Positions 23,537 to 32,088 of a stretch of DNA of 39,494 bases are shown here, piece after piece; the first letter of the stretch is position 1; the number at the start of each line of letters is the position of its first letter. The notes beneath the pieces were generated by a model. That model had not been told where the DNA came from, did not search any database, and saw only the letters and a program-made list of their open reading frames with translations. Made by a program: the position numbers and the translations under genes. The DNA is from a virus (Duplodnaviria; Caudoviricetes), in IMG/VR virus record IMGVR_UViG_3300023179_000240, positions 1-39,494 of that record; one strand, 5' to 3'.

Positions 23537-25393
23537 TTAGCCCTGAGGCATGGTTTGGGTTGAGGTCATTCCGTCCTGAGGCTGGGCCTGAGCCTGCATC
23601 TGGCTCTGCATATCCTGAGCCTGCTTCCTGAGCATGGCCCGAATCTGCCTTTCGGCATTCTTGTCGGTCTGACCCAAGCCCTGAAGATGGCCCTCAAGGT
23701 GTTGAGCGTACAACTGCTGAGACTGCTGAGATCCCCCGCCCTGCTGGGTAAGAAGCTGAATCCGGCCAAGTAAAACCTCAATATGAGCCTTATGGTCATC
23801 CTGAGGCTTCACCTGAACTGGGAAGCCGCTCTCCATAATCAGGTTCTCCTTAGCCTGCTCTTCCCTCTCGTCCTGCCCCTTCAGATTGGGGTCAGTCAGG
23901 AGTTTCCCGACCAAGGCCGGATCATCAATTTCAAGAACGGAACGAACCAAGGAGGGCTGATCCACAAAAGGATTTCCAGCCAATAGTTGCATCCGGCTAA
24001 AGGCCTTCTGGTATTGAACGGCCTTGTTGATGCCGTCTGCCGAGCCCGAAGGATGGATTGCATATTCAACCTGCAAAGCTTCGGGCGGGATAGTCCCGAA
24101 GGCCTGATTGAAATAATAAGAAAGGGATTTCTTTCCGAACTGGCAAAGAACCGAGTAGGCCTGCCGATAGACATAGCCAAGTGAGATTCGGAAGATTCGA
24201 GCCCGAAGATCCGTGGATTGGCCCATCAAAGCCCCGATCTGCGAAATCTCGGTGGCAGTACGGGCGTTCTTCATCCCCTGCTGTTGTCCCATCCCGAAGT
24301 CAGGCATGGAAGTCAGGTACTCGGAAATCATTCTCTGGTTAATCATCTCTTGGTCAAAGCTGATCGGAGGTTGCGGCATTGTCACGGGAGACACGCCCAC
24401 GGGAAGAATCGTAGCGGGGCCGAACTTCAAATTGTTGGAGTTGGGAATGTCCTGCTCGCAACGGAAGAGAGGGCGATTATATAGGGTCATCGCATCGGCC
24501 TTCTCGTTCATCAGCTTGCACATATAGCTCTCAAAAGGAGCCACGATCTCGCAGATCCCACGACTGGAATAAACGCCCTTGTCCTTGATCTCCATGACAA
24601 ACGGAACGAAAGGCATTTGACCATGCTTATATGGAAGTTCAAACGAAGGCCGGATGTCGTCCTCGGGGGAAAGAGGACTGAACGTATGAACGAAAATCTT
24701 CCCTTCCTCGTCCCGCTCATAAACCTCCCAAACGATAACCTGATCCTCCTCGGCCCCTACGGTGATTCCCTCCCGCCGGAACTTGATGTTCTCGAGCGTG
24801 GAGAGACGGGTTCCCTCGCCTGTCCTGCCTTTGATCTTGCGGATCAGTTCCTCGTCCTGATTGTAAAGTTTGTTGGACTTATATTGATTCAGGCTGAGTT
24901 GAATGACATGACAGAGCCGATCACAGCTACGAATGTCCCGAGTGTAGTGAGGGACGATGGCGAACACGGGGTCAACGGAATCAAACCGCACCGACTTCGT
25001 ATCCTCGTCCCAAGAAATCTTCAGCAGGTTTAACCCGCTCATCAGGGTATGGTCAATGGCCGTCAGGATCTCGCTCTCAAAATTGCTTTCCTGCTTGATA
25101 CAGTAATCAAACCAACGGGAGATCCCCTGCGTGATTCCCTCGGTTTGCGGCGTGGAGGGAACAAACGAGGCAATCACCTCATTGGAAAAAACCTGCTGAT
25201 AGTAAAAAGGCTTGAGCTTGTTGATGATTGAATCGGCAAGCGGGTAGTGAAGATCGGCCTGCCAAGGCAACTTCTTTTTCCGGCGGAGCCCCGAATGCCG
25301 CATCTCATACCAAATCCTCTGCCGCTCCTCCCAGCCGCTACGGGCTTTCAGGTCATCGAGCAAAGCCTTGAATAGATCGTTGCGTTCCATCAT
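23537..25393 (-). CDS. Portal protein (P22-like)
   Basis: 618 aa; VRFDSVDP, PFVPF, YSSRGICE and ARTATEI motifs with a Gln-rich C-terminal barrel region; sits between terminase and scaffold. Confidence 0.85.
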   Translation of the reverse strand: MMERNDLFKALLDDLKARSGWEERQRIWYEMRHSGLRRKKKLPWQADLHYPLADSIINKLKPFYYQQVFSNEVIASFVPSTPQTEGITQGISRWFDYCIKQESNFESEILTAIDHTLMSGLNLLKISWDEDTKSVRFDSVDPVFAIVPHYTRDIRSCDRLCHVIQLSLNQYKSNKLYNQDEELIRKIKGRTGEGTRLSTLENIKFRREGITVGAEEDQVIVWEVYERDEEGKIFVHTFSPLSPEDDIRPSFELPYKHGQMPFVPFVMEIKDKGVYSSRGICEIVAPFESYMCKLMNEKADAMTLYNRPLFRCEQDIPNSNNLKFGPATILPVGVSPVTMPQPPISFDQEMINQRMISEYLTSMPDFGMGQQQGMKNARTATEISQIGALMGQSTDLRARIFRISLGYVYRQAYSVLCQFGKKSLSYYFNQAFGTIPPEALQVEYAIHPSGSADGINKAVQYQKAFSRMQLLAGNPFVDQPSLVRSVLEIDDPALVGKLLTDPNLKGQDEREEQAKENLIMESGFPVQVKPQDDHKAHIEVLLGRIQLLTQQGGGSQQSQQLYAQHLEGHLQGLGQTDKNAERQIRAMLRKQAQDMQSQMQAQAQPQDGMTSTQTMPQG

Positions 25394-25641
25394 TTGCTTC
25401 TGGCCTCGTATTCCAAATCATTCACAGCATGGAGAGCTTCCGAAGCCCACCGCTTAACCTGAGGATTGGATTCCCTGACTTCCTTGTATTCCGGCATCTT
25501 CATCAATCTCTCCACGTTCCCGTTAGTTCTTGCGATTGGCTGAGTCGTTACGCACCCACCAAGCATCACAGTTAAGATCAGCGTCAATGGCTTCGTTATT
25601 CCGCTTCCACTGAGCCCGATTCGCCGATTCCTCAATTTCAC
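25390..25641 (-). CDS. Lipoprotein, putative o-spanin (Rz1-like)
   Basis: Basic N-terminus, hydrophobic LTLILTVM and lipobox LGGC; overlaps the upstream ORF in another frame. Start uncertain. Confidence 0.6.
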   Translation of the reverse strand: MKLRNRRIGLSGSGITKPLTLILTVMLGGCVTTQPIARTNGNVERLMKMPEYKEVRESNPQVKRWASEALHAVNDLEYEARSK

Positions 25642-25705
25642 TTCGGTTGGGAAGCAAACCAAGGATTCTCGATATAATCTGCAAGATGGCGGCAAGGATT
25701 CCCAC
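25523..25705 (-). CDS. Putative i-spanin (Rz-like)
   Basis: N-terminal hydrophobic helix MGILAAILQIISRILGLL and a short helical tail; overlaps the lipoprotein gene. Confidence 0.5.
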   Translation of the reverse strand: MGILAAILQIISRILGLLPNRSEIEESANRAQWKRNNEAIDADLNCDAWWVRNDSANRKN

Positions 25706-25876
25706 TTAGTCGATTTTGAGGCCGAGCCCCTTGAGGAAATTCACAATCTTTTCGAGTAAGGAATCGTCCGCCGGAGTTGGGGTCAGCTTCACAATGATCC
25801 GGCTTGCGAGAACAATCCCGCCCACAGCCGCCACAATTTGAGTCCAGTTTTCGGTGATCCAAGTCCATGCTTGCAT
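25706..25876 (-). CDS. Small membrane protein, putative holin (56 aa, not in ORF track)
   Basis: MQAWTWITENWTQIVAAVGGIVLASRIIVKLTPTPADDSLLEKIVNFLKGLGLKID; GGAGG-type RBS upstream. Confidence 0.65.
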   Translation of the reverse strand: MQAWTWITENWTQIVAAVGGIVLASRIIVKLTPTPADDSLLEKIVNFLKGLGLKID

Positions 25877-25881
25877 TTATT

Positions 25882-27282
25882 TCATCCTCCAATATCGAAG
25901 CCAGCACACACAGGTTCCCCTTCCGAGTATTCCTGCATCTCGCTCCATTGATCTGATCCCGTATTGCCGGAATCAAACACTGCAAGACTATTTTCAGGCC
26001 TCACGCAACAAACCCCACAAACGGCATCCCCCCGATCCGGCGAGCATACCCCCCGCCTCCGCATCTCGTCCTTGGACTCCAATCCCAGCTTGCCGGATGA
26101 GGCTATCTTAGCCTTACGGGAGCATAATTGGGCATCTAGAAGCTCGTCAGTAGGTAGGATGATTTCAGCCCTCTCAACCTGCCTAGCCGTCTCCCACCAG
26201 ATTTCAGAGCTCCTATTGACGTAGTTCTCAGAGTAAGCCCTAGCCCCAAAGTTCACCCTCTTGATAGCCCACCCCTGCTCCCGCATCCTATCGTTCATAG
26301 GCTTCCCCAGTCCCCCGTCATCAGCCCAAACATCAGAAGGCCTTAAATTAGCCTTCTTTAGCTCTACAATCGCTTTGCCTACGCTTCTCATGGTATCCGA
26401 GTCCTTCCACCCTATAAGCGGCTCTATCGTGTTTCCCCGCCTTATAGCGATCACCGTCTCGTCCCCACCCCCAGCCCAGTCGATAAAAGCCACTGGATTG
26501 CCCTCCTGCTTCTTGGGAGGGTTGTTTCGGCAATTAAGAATCTTGGAAAAGGTGAAAGGGGAGATCCCGTCATCCTCCCCCATAAACTCACTGAATATCA
26601 TACTGCGGATAAAGGGGTTATCTCGCCCATGCTGTTCTATCTGCATATCAATCCACTCTTTCTTGATATGGGGGCAGTCGTAGGCTGATACAGAGTAGTT
26701 CTTCCAATACTTGCGCTTTCCTAAGAAGCATTGAGCAAACTCCCCGTCCATGCCTCCCGTACTGGACATGGCTAACCAAGCGGAAGGCTGACACCTTTCG
26801 GCGGCTCGCCAGATGTCGGTGGGGATGGATTTCGCCTCGTCAAAGATCATCAGGAGCTTGTCGTTATGCCAGCCCTCGAATCTGTTAGGTTCGTCAGTGG
26901 AGAACCCGATAGCCTTAGAGCCGTTAGGGGCAGTTAGGTCAGTAGCGTTGAGAGTCCAGCCTTTCAGCTTGTCCCGCCATCCGGCCAGCCTTTGCCAAAG
27001 CTGTTCTTTAACCTGACGATAGACCCCCGCCGTAGTGACAACCTGACTTTGCGGATAGACCGTACACCACCATAGGACTAACGGAGCCGCCAAGCAGGAA
27101 GTCTTGCCGGAGCCGTTGGCGGCTTTAAGGGCAACCCGATTGCATAGGCCAACATCGAGAAAGACTTTGGCCTGCCAAGGGTGGAGGTCTATGCCGAGAA
27201 GTTTAGAAAAGCCGAGGGGGGTTGCTAAAAGTTGCTCTTGCGTCAGGTTAGCCGGAAGTTGGGAGGGGTCGGATATAGGCAT
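25882..27282 (-). CDS. terL: Terminase large subunit
   Basis: Adenine-binding HPWQ, Walker A AANGSGKT, Walker B LMIFDEA, nuclease FIDWAGGGDET and SPDRGDA motifs. Confidence 0.93.
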   Translation of the reverse strand: MPISDPSQLPANLTQEQLLATPLGFSKLLGIDLHPWQAKVFLDVGLCNRVALKAANGSGKTSCLAAPLVLWWCTVYPQSQVVTTAGVYRQVKEQLWQRLAGWRDKLKGWTLNATDLTAPNGSKAIGFSTDEPNRFEGWHNDKLLMIFDEAKSIPTDIWRAAERCQPSAWLAMSSTGGMDGEFAQCFLGKRKYWKNYSVSAYDCPHIKKEWIDMQIEQHGRDNPFIRSMIFSEFMGEDDGISPFTFSKILNCRNNPPKKQEGNPVAFIDWAGGGDETVIAIRRGNTIEPLIGWKDSDTMRSVGKAIVELKKANLRPSDVWADDGGLGKPMNDRMREQGWAIKRVNFGARAYSENYVNRSSEIWWETARQVERAEIILPTDELLDAQLCSRKAKIASSGKLGLESKDEMRRRGVCSPDRGDAVCGVCCVRPENSLAVFDSGNTGSDQWSEMQEYSEGEPVCAGFDIGG

Positions 27283-27330
27283 TAGAGAGGAGGTTGAGTT
27301 TTTTGAAATTTTTCTGAAAGGGGGATATAA

Positions 27331-28020
27331 TTAAACATGGTGGCCGGAGGGGGGTGGTACGGGGGGCGTGTCGGCGGTCTGGGGATTCTTCCTCGGATAC
27401 TTCCTAGGCCTCCCAAGTCTCTTTGGTTTAACATCTTCCACCGATTGCACCACCTCGGGCTCATCCCCTCCCCCCACCTCCTCCGCCAAGACCTCGACTT
27501 GCTTTATCTCTGTAGGTGGCATCAATACTTTATTACAATTATCGGGCAACAGAGAAGAAGGGGTGGTGGTGTCGGGATTTTGTAGGGATGCGGATTGGTT
27601 GCCTAGCAGAGACCCCCAAGCCCCCATCAATTTCCCGATTGCATCGTCACCTAACGCTAACACTTGCGTGAGATTTCCCGATGTTTGAGGCACATAAGCA
27701 GGGGCAAATTCCTCCCTTGCCCTACGCTCGAGGAGCCATTGACTCCCCTTCTCGCTCATCTTGGACAACTTCTCGATATTCCCGACATGATCCCGCACAA
27801 ATGCCGAGTGTGCCTCTTCCAGCATCTCAGGAAACACGGGGAAATGTTCTCTGACCCATTCCTTCGCCGTGTTGTAAGGAATCCCGCACAAGGGGGCGGC
27901 ATAACGCAAGGGGAGGCCTCTCCTTACTTGGTTTGCTATTTGACGAGCCTTGGCAAGATTCCATCTCGGGGGCTTTCCTCTTTTGATGGCTTTCAGCTTG
28001 TCGGGTTCGACATTCACCAA
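27331..28020 (-). CDS. terS: Terminase small subunit
   Basis: N-terminal HTH (RGLPLRYAAPLCGIPYNTAKEW) and QWLLERR..EEF motif; directly upstream of terL. Confidence 0.7.
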   Translation of the reverse strand: MVNVEPDKLKAIKRGKPPRWNLAKARQIANQVRRGLPLRYAAPLCGIPYNTAKEWVREHFPVFPEMLEEAHSAFVRDHVGNIEKLSKMSEKGSQWLLERRAREEFAPAYVPQTSGNLTQVLALGDDAIGKLMGAWGSLLGNQSASLQNPDTTTPSSLLPDNCNKVLMPPTEIKQVEVLAEEVGGGDEPEVVQSVEDVKPKRLGRPRKYPRKNPQTADTPPVPPPSGHHV

Positions 28021-28084
28021 ACCCTTTCCGTATTACCAAAAAAAAACTTGTCAAACATTGAAACGGAATTACGGGGGCAGAAAG

Positions 28085-28500
28085 AGTAGGGACGACACAA
28101 AGCCCGAAATGGTGATTCATCCTCGTAAGACAGACCGAACAGGGACGAGCGTAGAATCCAAGACGGAGCAAAGCCCACGCCCTCTTTGCTTAATAATTGG
28201 GAGCAATCCCAGCGAGTCCGACCCACCACAGAGGTCTAATAGGTTTAATGAATACCGCCACCTAGGACAATCGCCCTTTCCCTCGAGGAAGGGCGAACTA
28301 TGCCTCGATACTTTCCGCAGATTCTATTCCTTCTTATATATTCAAACAACCTACGAGCCCCCCGTAAGGTTGCATCAGGTAAGGCCTCACCTTCACTCTC
28401 TCTTCCCCTTATCCTCCGTGGCTCGCTGATCGGGGAAGCCTCAGGCTTGCCGTTAATTGCTCCCGCCTTTTTCTTTTTTCTGTTTTTTTCTTTTTGGTTA
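28085..28500 (-). ncRNA. Candidate structured non-coding RNA / late-operon leader
   Basis: At least six hairpins plus a long-range 9-bp pairing (28199-28207 with 28456-28464). Three stems gain G-U pairs only on the minus strand. No credible ORF. Confidence 0.35.
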
Positions 28501-28654
28501 GTTCGTTAAAATCTTCCGCTTATTCAAAGCCCCCGCAAAAATAAATCCTTCCTGTTCCATTAGCTTTCCTAATTCAAAAAGGCCTTTTCTCCTCGGGAGG
28601 TTGCTTTTAGTTAATTCAAGCCCATTAGCTGATCTTATTCCTATTTAGAGCATA

Positions 28655-28690
28655 TTGACTGAATCGGTAACAAAGTGTAACAAGGCTACA
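28655..28690 (+). promoter_or_regulatory. Putative early promoter (leaderless) overlapped by the recurrent motif
   Basis: TTGACT(28655)-17 nt-TAACAA-6 nt-ATG(28690); AAGTGTAACAAG at 28673-28684 with a second GTAACAA 10 bp upstream. Confidence 0.55.
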
Positions 28691-29112
28691 TGAACAAGAA
28701 CCTAACTAAACAAGAAGCAATCGAAGCAAAGAAAGCAAAGATGCGGGAGCTTGCGGATATGTTCTCGAAGCTTTCTGAGGCCGAGCGGGTGGAACTTTCC
28801 AACCAGCTTGGGAGCCTTAGAACCATTGAGGGTCGTCCCCTATCCTTCAAGAACTCCGCCCTCCTTTACTTCCAACGCAAGGGAGTCTCCATCGTGGGAG
28901 GATTCCAACAATGGAAGAAGGCGGGAAGGATCGTCAAGAAAGGCGAGAAATCCCTCCTGATCTTCTGCCCCGCAACCAAAAAGCCCAAAGAAGGCGAGGT
29001 CTCGGAAGATTCCCCCTTGTTCTTCTTTTCGGGGAATGTTTTCGACATCTCCCAAACCGAACCCCTTAGCCCAGCCGAAACCCAGACCCGTTCCCTTGTC
29101 GGGAATGCGTAA
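28690..29112 (+). CDS. ardC: ArdC-like ssDNA-binding protein (N-terminal domain only)
   Basis: SFKNSALLYFQ...VGGFQQWKKAGRIVKKGEKSLLIFCP...VFDISQTE. Confidence 0.82.
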   Translation: MNKNLTKQEAIEAKKAKMRELADMFSKLSEAERVELSNQLGSLRTIEGRPLSFKNSALLYFQRKGVSIVGGFQQWKKAGRIVKKGEKSLLIFCPATKKPKEGEVSEDSPLFFFSGNVFDISQTEPLSPAETQTRSLVGNA

Positions 29113-29144
29113 CAAGCAAGCATAGAACCAAAGGAGAACCAAGC

Positions 29145-29345
29145 ATGAACCCAACCCAAGCCCTTAAACTTATCTGCGATGGGATCATCCAATCGCTCAA
29201 AACCAACCCAACCGGAACCCCCGAGGGCTCCCTCTATGCCGTCCTAATGATGCAGGGATGCACCCTCGAGCAGTTCACCGCCATTATTGGAGCCCTCTGC
29301 GATGCGGGAATGATCCGCAAAGAAGGCCACCTCCTCTTCGCCTAA
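29145..29345 (+). CDS. Small winged-helix-like hypothetical protein
   Basis: 66 aa with AGGAG RBS; PEGSLYAVLM...LCDAGMIRKEGHLL. Confidence 0.6.
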   Translation: MNPTQALKLICDGIIQSLKTNPTGTPEGSLYAVLMMQGCTLEQFTAIIGALCDAGMIRKEGHLLFA

Positions 29346-29372
29346 CCCCCAACCCAGAAAGAACCAATACCC

Positions 29373-29891
29373 ATGAGCACCACAACCCAAACAGCCCCCC
29401 GAGTATATGTCGGGACTTATGCCAAATATAACAATGGAAGCATCAAAGGAGCTTGGATTGACCTTGAAGGCCTAGATGAGAACTCGTTCCATGACGCTTG
29501 CCTAGAACTCCACAAGGATGAGTCCGATCCCGAGCTTATGTTTCAAGACTACGAGGGATTCCCCGAAAAATTCTACGGGGAATCTTCCCTTGATGACAAA
29601 CTTTGGGAATGGCTCGAGCTTGACGAGGACGACAGGGAGCTTCTTGAGGTAGCATCCGAGGCCATAGATGCCGAGGACATAGACAAAGCAAAAGACGCAT
29701 TCCTAGGAACCTTCCGATCAGAAACAGAATGGGCGGAAGCATACCTAGGCGACACAGGCCAGCTTGATGAAATCCCCGAAAATCTCCGCAATTACTTCGA
29801 CTTCGAGGCCTATGCCCGAGACGCAAGAATGGGCGGGGATGTATGTTTCCACGAGCACAACGGGGAAACTTGGGTTTTTTCTAATTGTTAA
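29373..29891 (+). CDS. ardA: Antirestriction protein ArdA (DNA mimic)
   Basis: PRVYVGTYAKYNNGSIKGAWIDL, ELMFQDYEGFP and YFDFEAYARD; strongly acidic. Confidence 0.92.
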   Translation: MSTTTQTAPRVYVGTYAKYNNGSIKGAWIDLEGLDENSFHDACLELHKDESDPELMFQDYEGFPEKFYGESSLDDKLWEWLELDEDDRELLEVASEAIDAEDIDKAKDAFLGTFRSETEWAEAYLGDTGQLDEIPENLRNYFDFEAYARDARMGGDVCFHEHNGETWVFSNC

Positions 29892-29922
29892 GTGTAACAA
29901 GCAACAACAAGGAGAACCCACC

Positions 29923-29994
29923 ATGGACTTGATTCTAATCTTAGCCCCCATGCTTTCGCTTCTCGCTCTCGGAGCTTGGAGCCTGAACAAATAA
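29923..29994 (+). CDS. 23-aa single-TM peptide
   Basis: MDLILILAPMLSLLALGAWSLNK, preceded by AAGGAG. Confidence 0.5.
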   Translation: MDLILILAPMLSLLALGAWSLNK

Positions 29995-30021
29995 CCCCAA
30001 CCAAGAAAGAGCCTAACCCAA

Positions 30022-30447
30022 ATGAGCGCATACTTAGTAGAAGAGAATCATATTGAATACCTAGTGGATGCCTTGACCAATCCACAGAACCAGATGGCGG
30101 GAACCCTTCGCCACATAGCCGAAACCACCGACCCACAGAAAATAGGTCAAATCCTATGGGATGAAAACGCCAGAAGCGTAAATCACCGATACAACGAAAC
30201 GGAATCCGCCCCGCCCTTCACCTATCGGCGCATATGCTACGCCACCGACCCATTGCAGGTCTTAGCCTCGATTCGTTGCTATATTTATCAGACCCGCGAA
30301 ACGCCAGACTTTGAGCAAAGCAAGGCGGGAAGACTAATTAACCTCCTCCAATCCGCCGTCATTAGCCGAATGACAGCGGGTAAAAAATGGGGAGCCCCAG
30401 AGCCCGAGGCGAACCAGATCCGCCTCTCATGCCTAGTCAAACGATAA
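30022..30447 (+). CDS. Hypothetical early protein
   Basis: 141-aa ORF with an AC-rich leader. Confidence 0.7.
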   Translation: MSAYLVEENHIEYLVDALTNPQNQMAGTLRHIAETTDPQKIGQILWDENARSVNHRYNETESAPPFTYRRICYATDPLQVLASIRCYIYQTRETPDFEQSKAGRLINLLQSAVISRMTAGKKWGAPEPEANQIRLSCLVKR

Positions 30448-30462
30448 GAAGGAGAGAACCAC

Positions 30463-30684
30463 ATGAACCCAACCAAACCCATCCCCCCAGACTTCACCCT
30501 TAACTCTGGGCGATCCGTCACCCACTACACCAAGGAAACCAACAGGGGAATTTCTCTCGTAGTCGATACGACCGATGGAATGCACCGCCTAACTGACGAG
30601 GAATGGGCAGACTATAAAGCCCAAATCCTCGAATGGATTAACGACAACGGATACCTCCTAAAAGAAAGCACCATCCTTCTATGA
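30463..30684 (+). CDS. Hypothetical early protein
   Basis: AAGGAG RBS; 73 aa. Confidence 0.6.
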   Translation: MNPTKPIPPDFTLNSGRSVTHYTKETNRGISLVVDTTDGMHRLTDEEWADYKAQILEWINDNGYLLKESTILL

Positions 30685-30896
30685 CCCCCACTGACCAATT
30701 ACTCGAGCTTGTTATGAATGACCCAGAAATGAAGAGAATGACTAGGCCGATGACTTGGGAGGAACGAGTCACCCAGCTTGAGGGGGAAGGCCTAACCCGA
30801 AGCGATGCACAAGGAGCGGTGGATGTCGAAATCCTAGAAGGATGGAGGCCGACAGACTTTCAACCTTGGATGCTTTTTGAGGAGGGCAATCTATGA
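30681..30896 (+). CDS. Hypothetical early protein
   Basis: ATGA-coupled to both neighbours; 71 aa. Confidence 0.6.
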   Translation: MTPTDQLLELVMNDPEMKRMTRPMTWEERVTQLEGEGLTRSDAQGAVDVEILEGWRPTDFQPWMLFEEGNL

Positions 30897-31114
30897 GCAA
30901 ACAAGCGATTATATGGGGATTTAATCCCAATCCAAACTACGGACTCACCCAGCCTATCCGACTTGCCAAGTATGAATCTAAGAAGCAACACGATAACTGG
31001 AAAAAGTATGGATGGATGACAGCCGTTTATCCTATCGAAGCGGAGCCAAGTGGATTTTTTGATAAAATCGCAAAGATGCGGAAAGAGTTGCAGTTAGCGG
31101 AGGCCTCCCGATGA
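30893..31114 (+). CDS. Hypothetical early protein
   Basis: ATGA-coupled; GGAGG RBS. Confidence 0.6.
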   Translation: MSKQAIIWGFNPNPNYGLTQPIRLAKYESKKQHDNWKKYGWMTAVYPIEAEPSGFFDKIAKMRKELQLAEASR

Positions 31115-31332
31115 CCCCCGCCCCCTCGACCTATCACATCCAATCCGATAGCGGAGAGACCTTTGGAACCTTCAAAGATTACCCCTCCGCCCATCGCTGG
31201 ATTATCCGCCACGGCCTAGAGTTCGAGCCTTTGTGCATTGTAAGTGTAACAAGCATAAGCAAGGCAGGATGGCTCGAATCCCCCAAACCCCTTCACCTCC
31301 TCAGGCCTGAGAGATGGCTCTCTCTTGCCTGA
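31111..31332 (+). CDS. Hypothetical early protein
   Basis: ATGA-coupled; GGAGG RBS; contains a motif copy at 31242-31256. Confidence 0.55.
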   Translation: MTPAPSTYHIQSDSGETFGTFKDYPSAHRWIIRHGLEFEPLCIVSVTSISKAGWLESPKPLHLLRPERWLSLA

Positions 31333-31361
31333 CTAAACAACCAACCAAGAAAGAACCCAAC

Positions 31362-31583
31362 ATGAACAAACAGAACAACAACCTATTCCTAGTCGCCGTT
31401 GAAGGCGGGGTTGCCCACATCCCCGAAAGGCCGATGGGGTCAACCTGCGTCATCGTGGACTGGGACGACTGCAAGGAAGCCGGAACAACTCAAGAGGCGG
31501 AGAGGTTTGTCCGCCTACTGAACAAAGGAAAGAACCTAAAAGAAGCCACGGAGTTATCAGGCTTCTCAGGGTGGAGGAACTAA
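31362..31583 (+). CDS. Hypothetical early protein
   Basis: ATG 31362 after an AC-rich leader; LVAVEGGVA...VIVDWD. Confidence 0.6.
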   Translation: MNKQNNNLFLVAVEGGVAHIPERPMGSTCVIVDWDDCKEAGTTQEAERFVRLLNKGKNLKEATELSGFSGWRN

Positions 31584-31585
31584 CC

Positions 31586-31813
31586 ATGCAAACATACAAA
31601 GAAACAACCAAGGGAACCCTAATAATCCGCTGGGATTATCTGGATGTTGAGGAAATAGCCAGAGAGCAGGGAATAGAATTAACCAAGGACGAGGCCTATC
31701 AGAAGTTTGCCGAGATTCGATTGGGACTTCAGGAAGCTCTAACCGAGGCCGGAAACATTGCCATTGCAGACAACTTAGGTTGCGAAGCAACCACAGGAGC
31801 GAAGCGACTATGA
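31586..31813 (+). CDS. Hypothetical early protein
   Basis: GGAGG RBS; IRWDYLDVEEIA...LTKDEA. Confidence 0.6.
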   Translation: MQTYKETTKGTLIIRWDYLDVEEIAREQGIELTKDEAYQKFAEIRLGLQEALTEAGNIAIADNLGCEATTGAKRL

Positions 31814-32088
31814 CTTCCGCCCCCAACCAAACCCTTGAAGCCTTTTTTGAAAGGCTCAACAAACTCCAAGAGGACTTCCCTTCCGTGACGCTCCTTGCCG
31901 TCACGCCAGAGGATCACAATCAATTCCTCGATGATGGCCTGAAGGCGGAAAACTGGGACGACCCCCGCCACCTTGCCTTCAAGGAAAGGCTGGCCGAGGA
32001 ACTGGATGCCGTCTCCGGCTCTCCTTGGGATCAGCTCAACAATCTCTGCGAGCAGATTGCGGAGAGAATTAAGGAGGATGAGGAATGA
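31810..32088 (+). CDS. Acidic hypothetical early protein
   Basis: AGGAG RBS; ATGA-coupled. Confidence 0.6.
   Translation: MTSAPNQTLEAFFERLNKLQEDFPSVTLLAVTPEDHNQFLDDGLKAENWDDPRHLAFKERLAEELDAVSGSPWDQLNNLCEQIAERIKEDEE

Noticed and set aside
5136-27688. Many plus-strand and alternate-frame ORFs in the ORF track (e.g. 21066-21833, 15853-16257, 15828-16253)
   Set aside because: They are shadows of well-supported minus-strand genes and show no recognisable motifs.
27998-28019. tRNA-like 3' end (GGTTCGAC...CACCA)
   Set aside because: No T-stem or acceptor-stem geometry, and it lies within the terS coding start. No tRNA gene was seen anywhere in the window.
28038-28046. A9 tract in the terS promoter spacer as a phase-variation switch
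   Set aside because: A single A9 run in an AT-rich promoter is weak evidence without read-level length variation.
28074-28180. c-di-GMP-I riboswitch-like words (GAAAGAGT-GGGACG-CAAAGCC)
   Set aside because: The GGCAAAC leader, the stem closing the GAAA loop and the downstream P3/P1 elements cannot be formed.
27950-28509. ORFs 27950-28429, 28014-28229 and 28300-28509 as real genes
   Set aside because: No recognisable motifs or RBS, low-complexity translations, and overlap with the hairpin-rich region.
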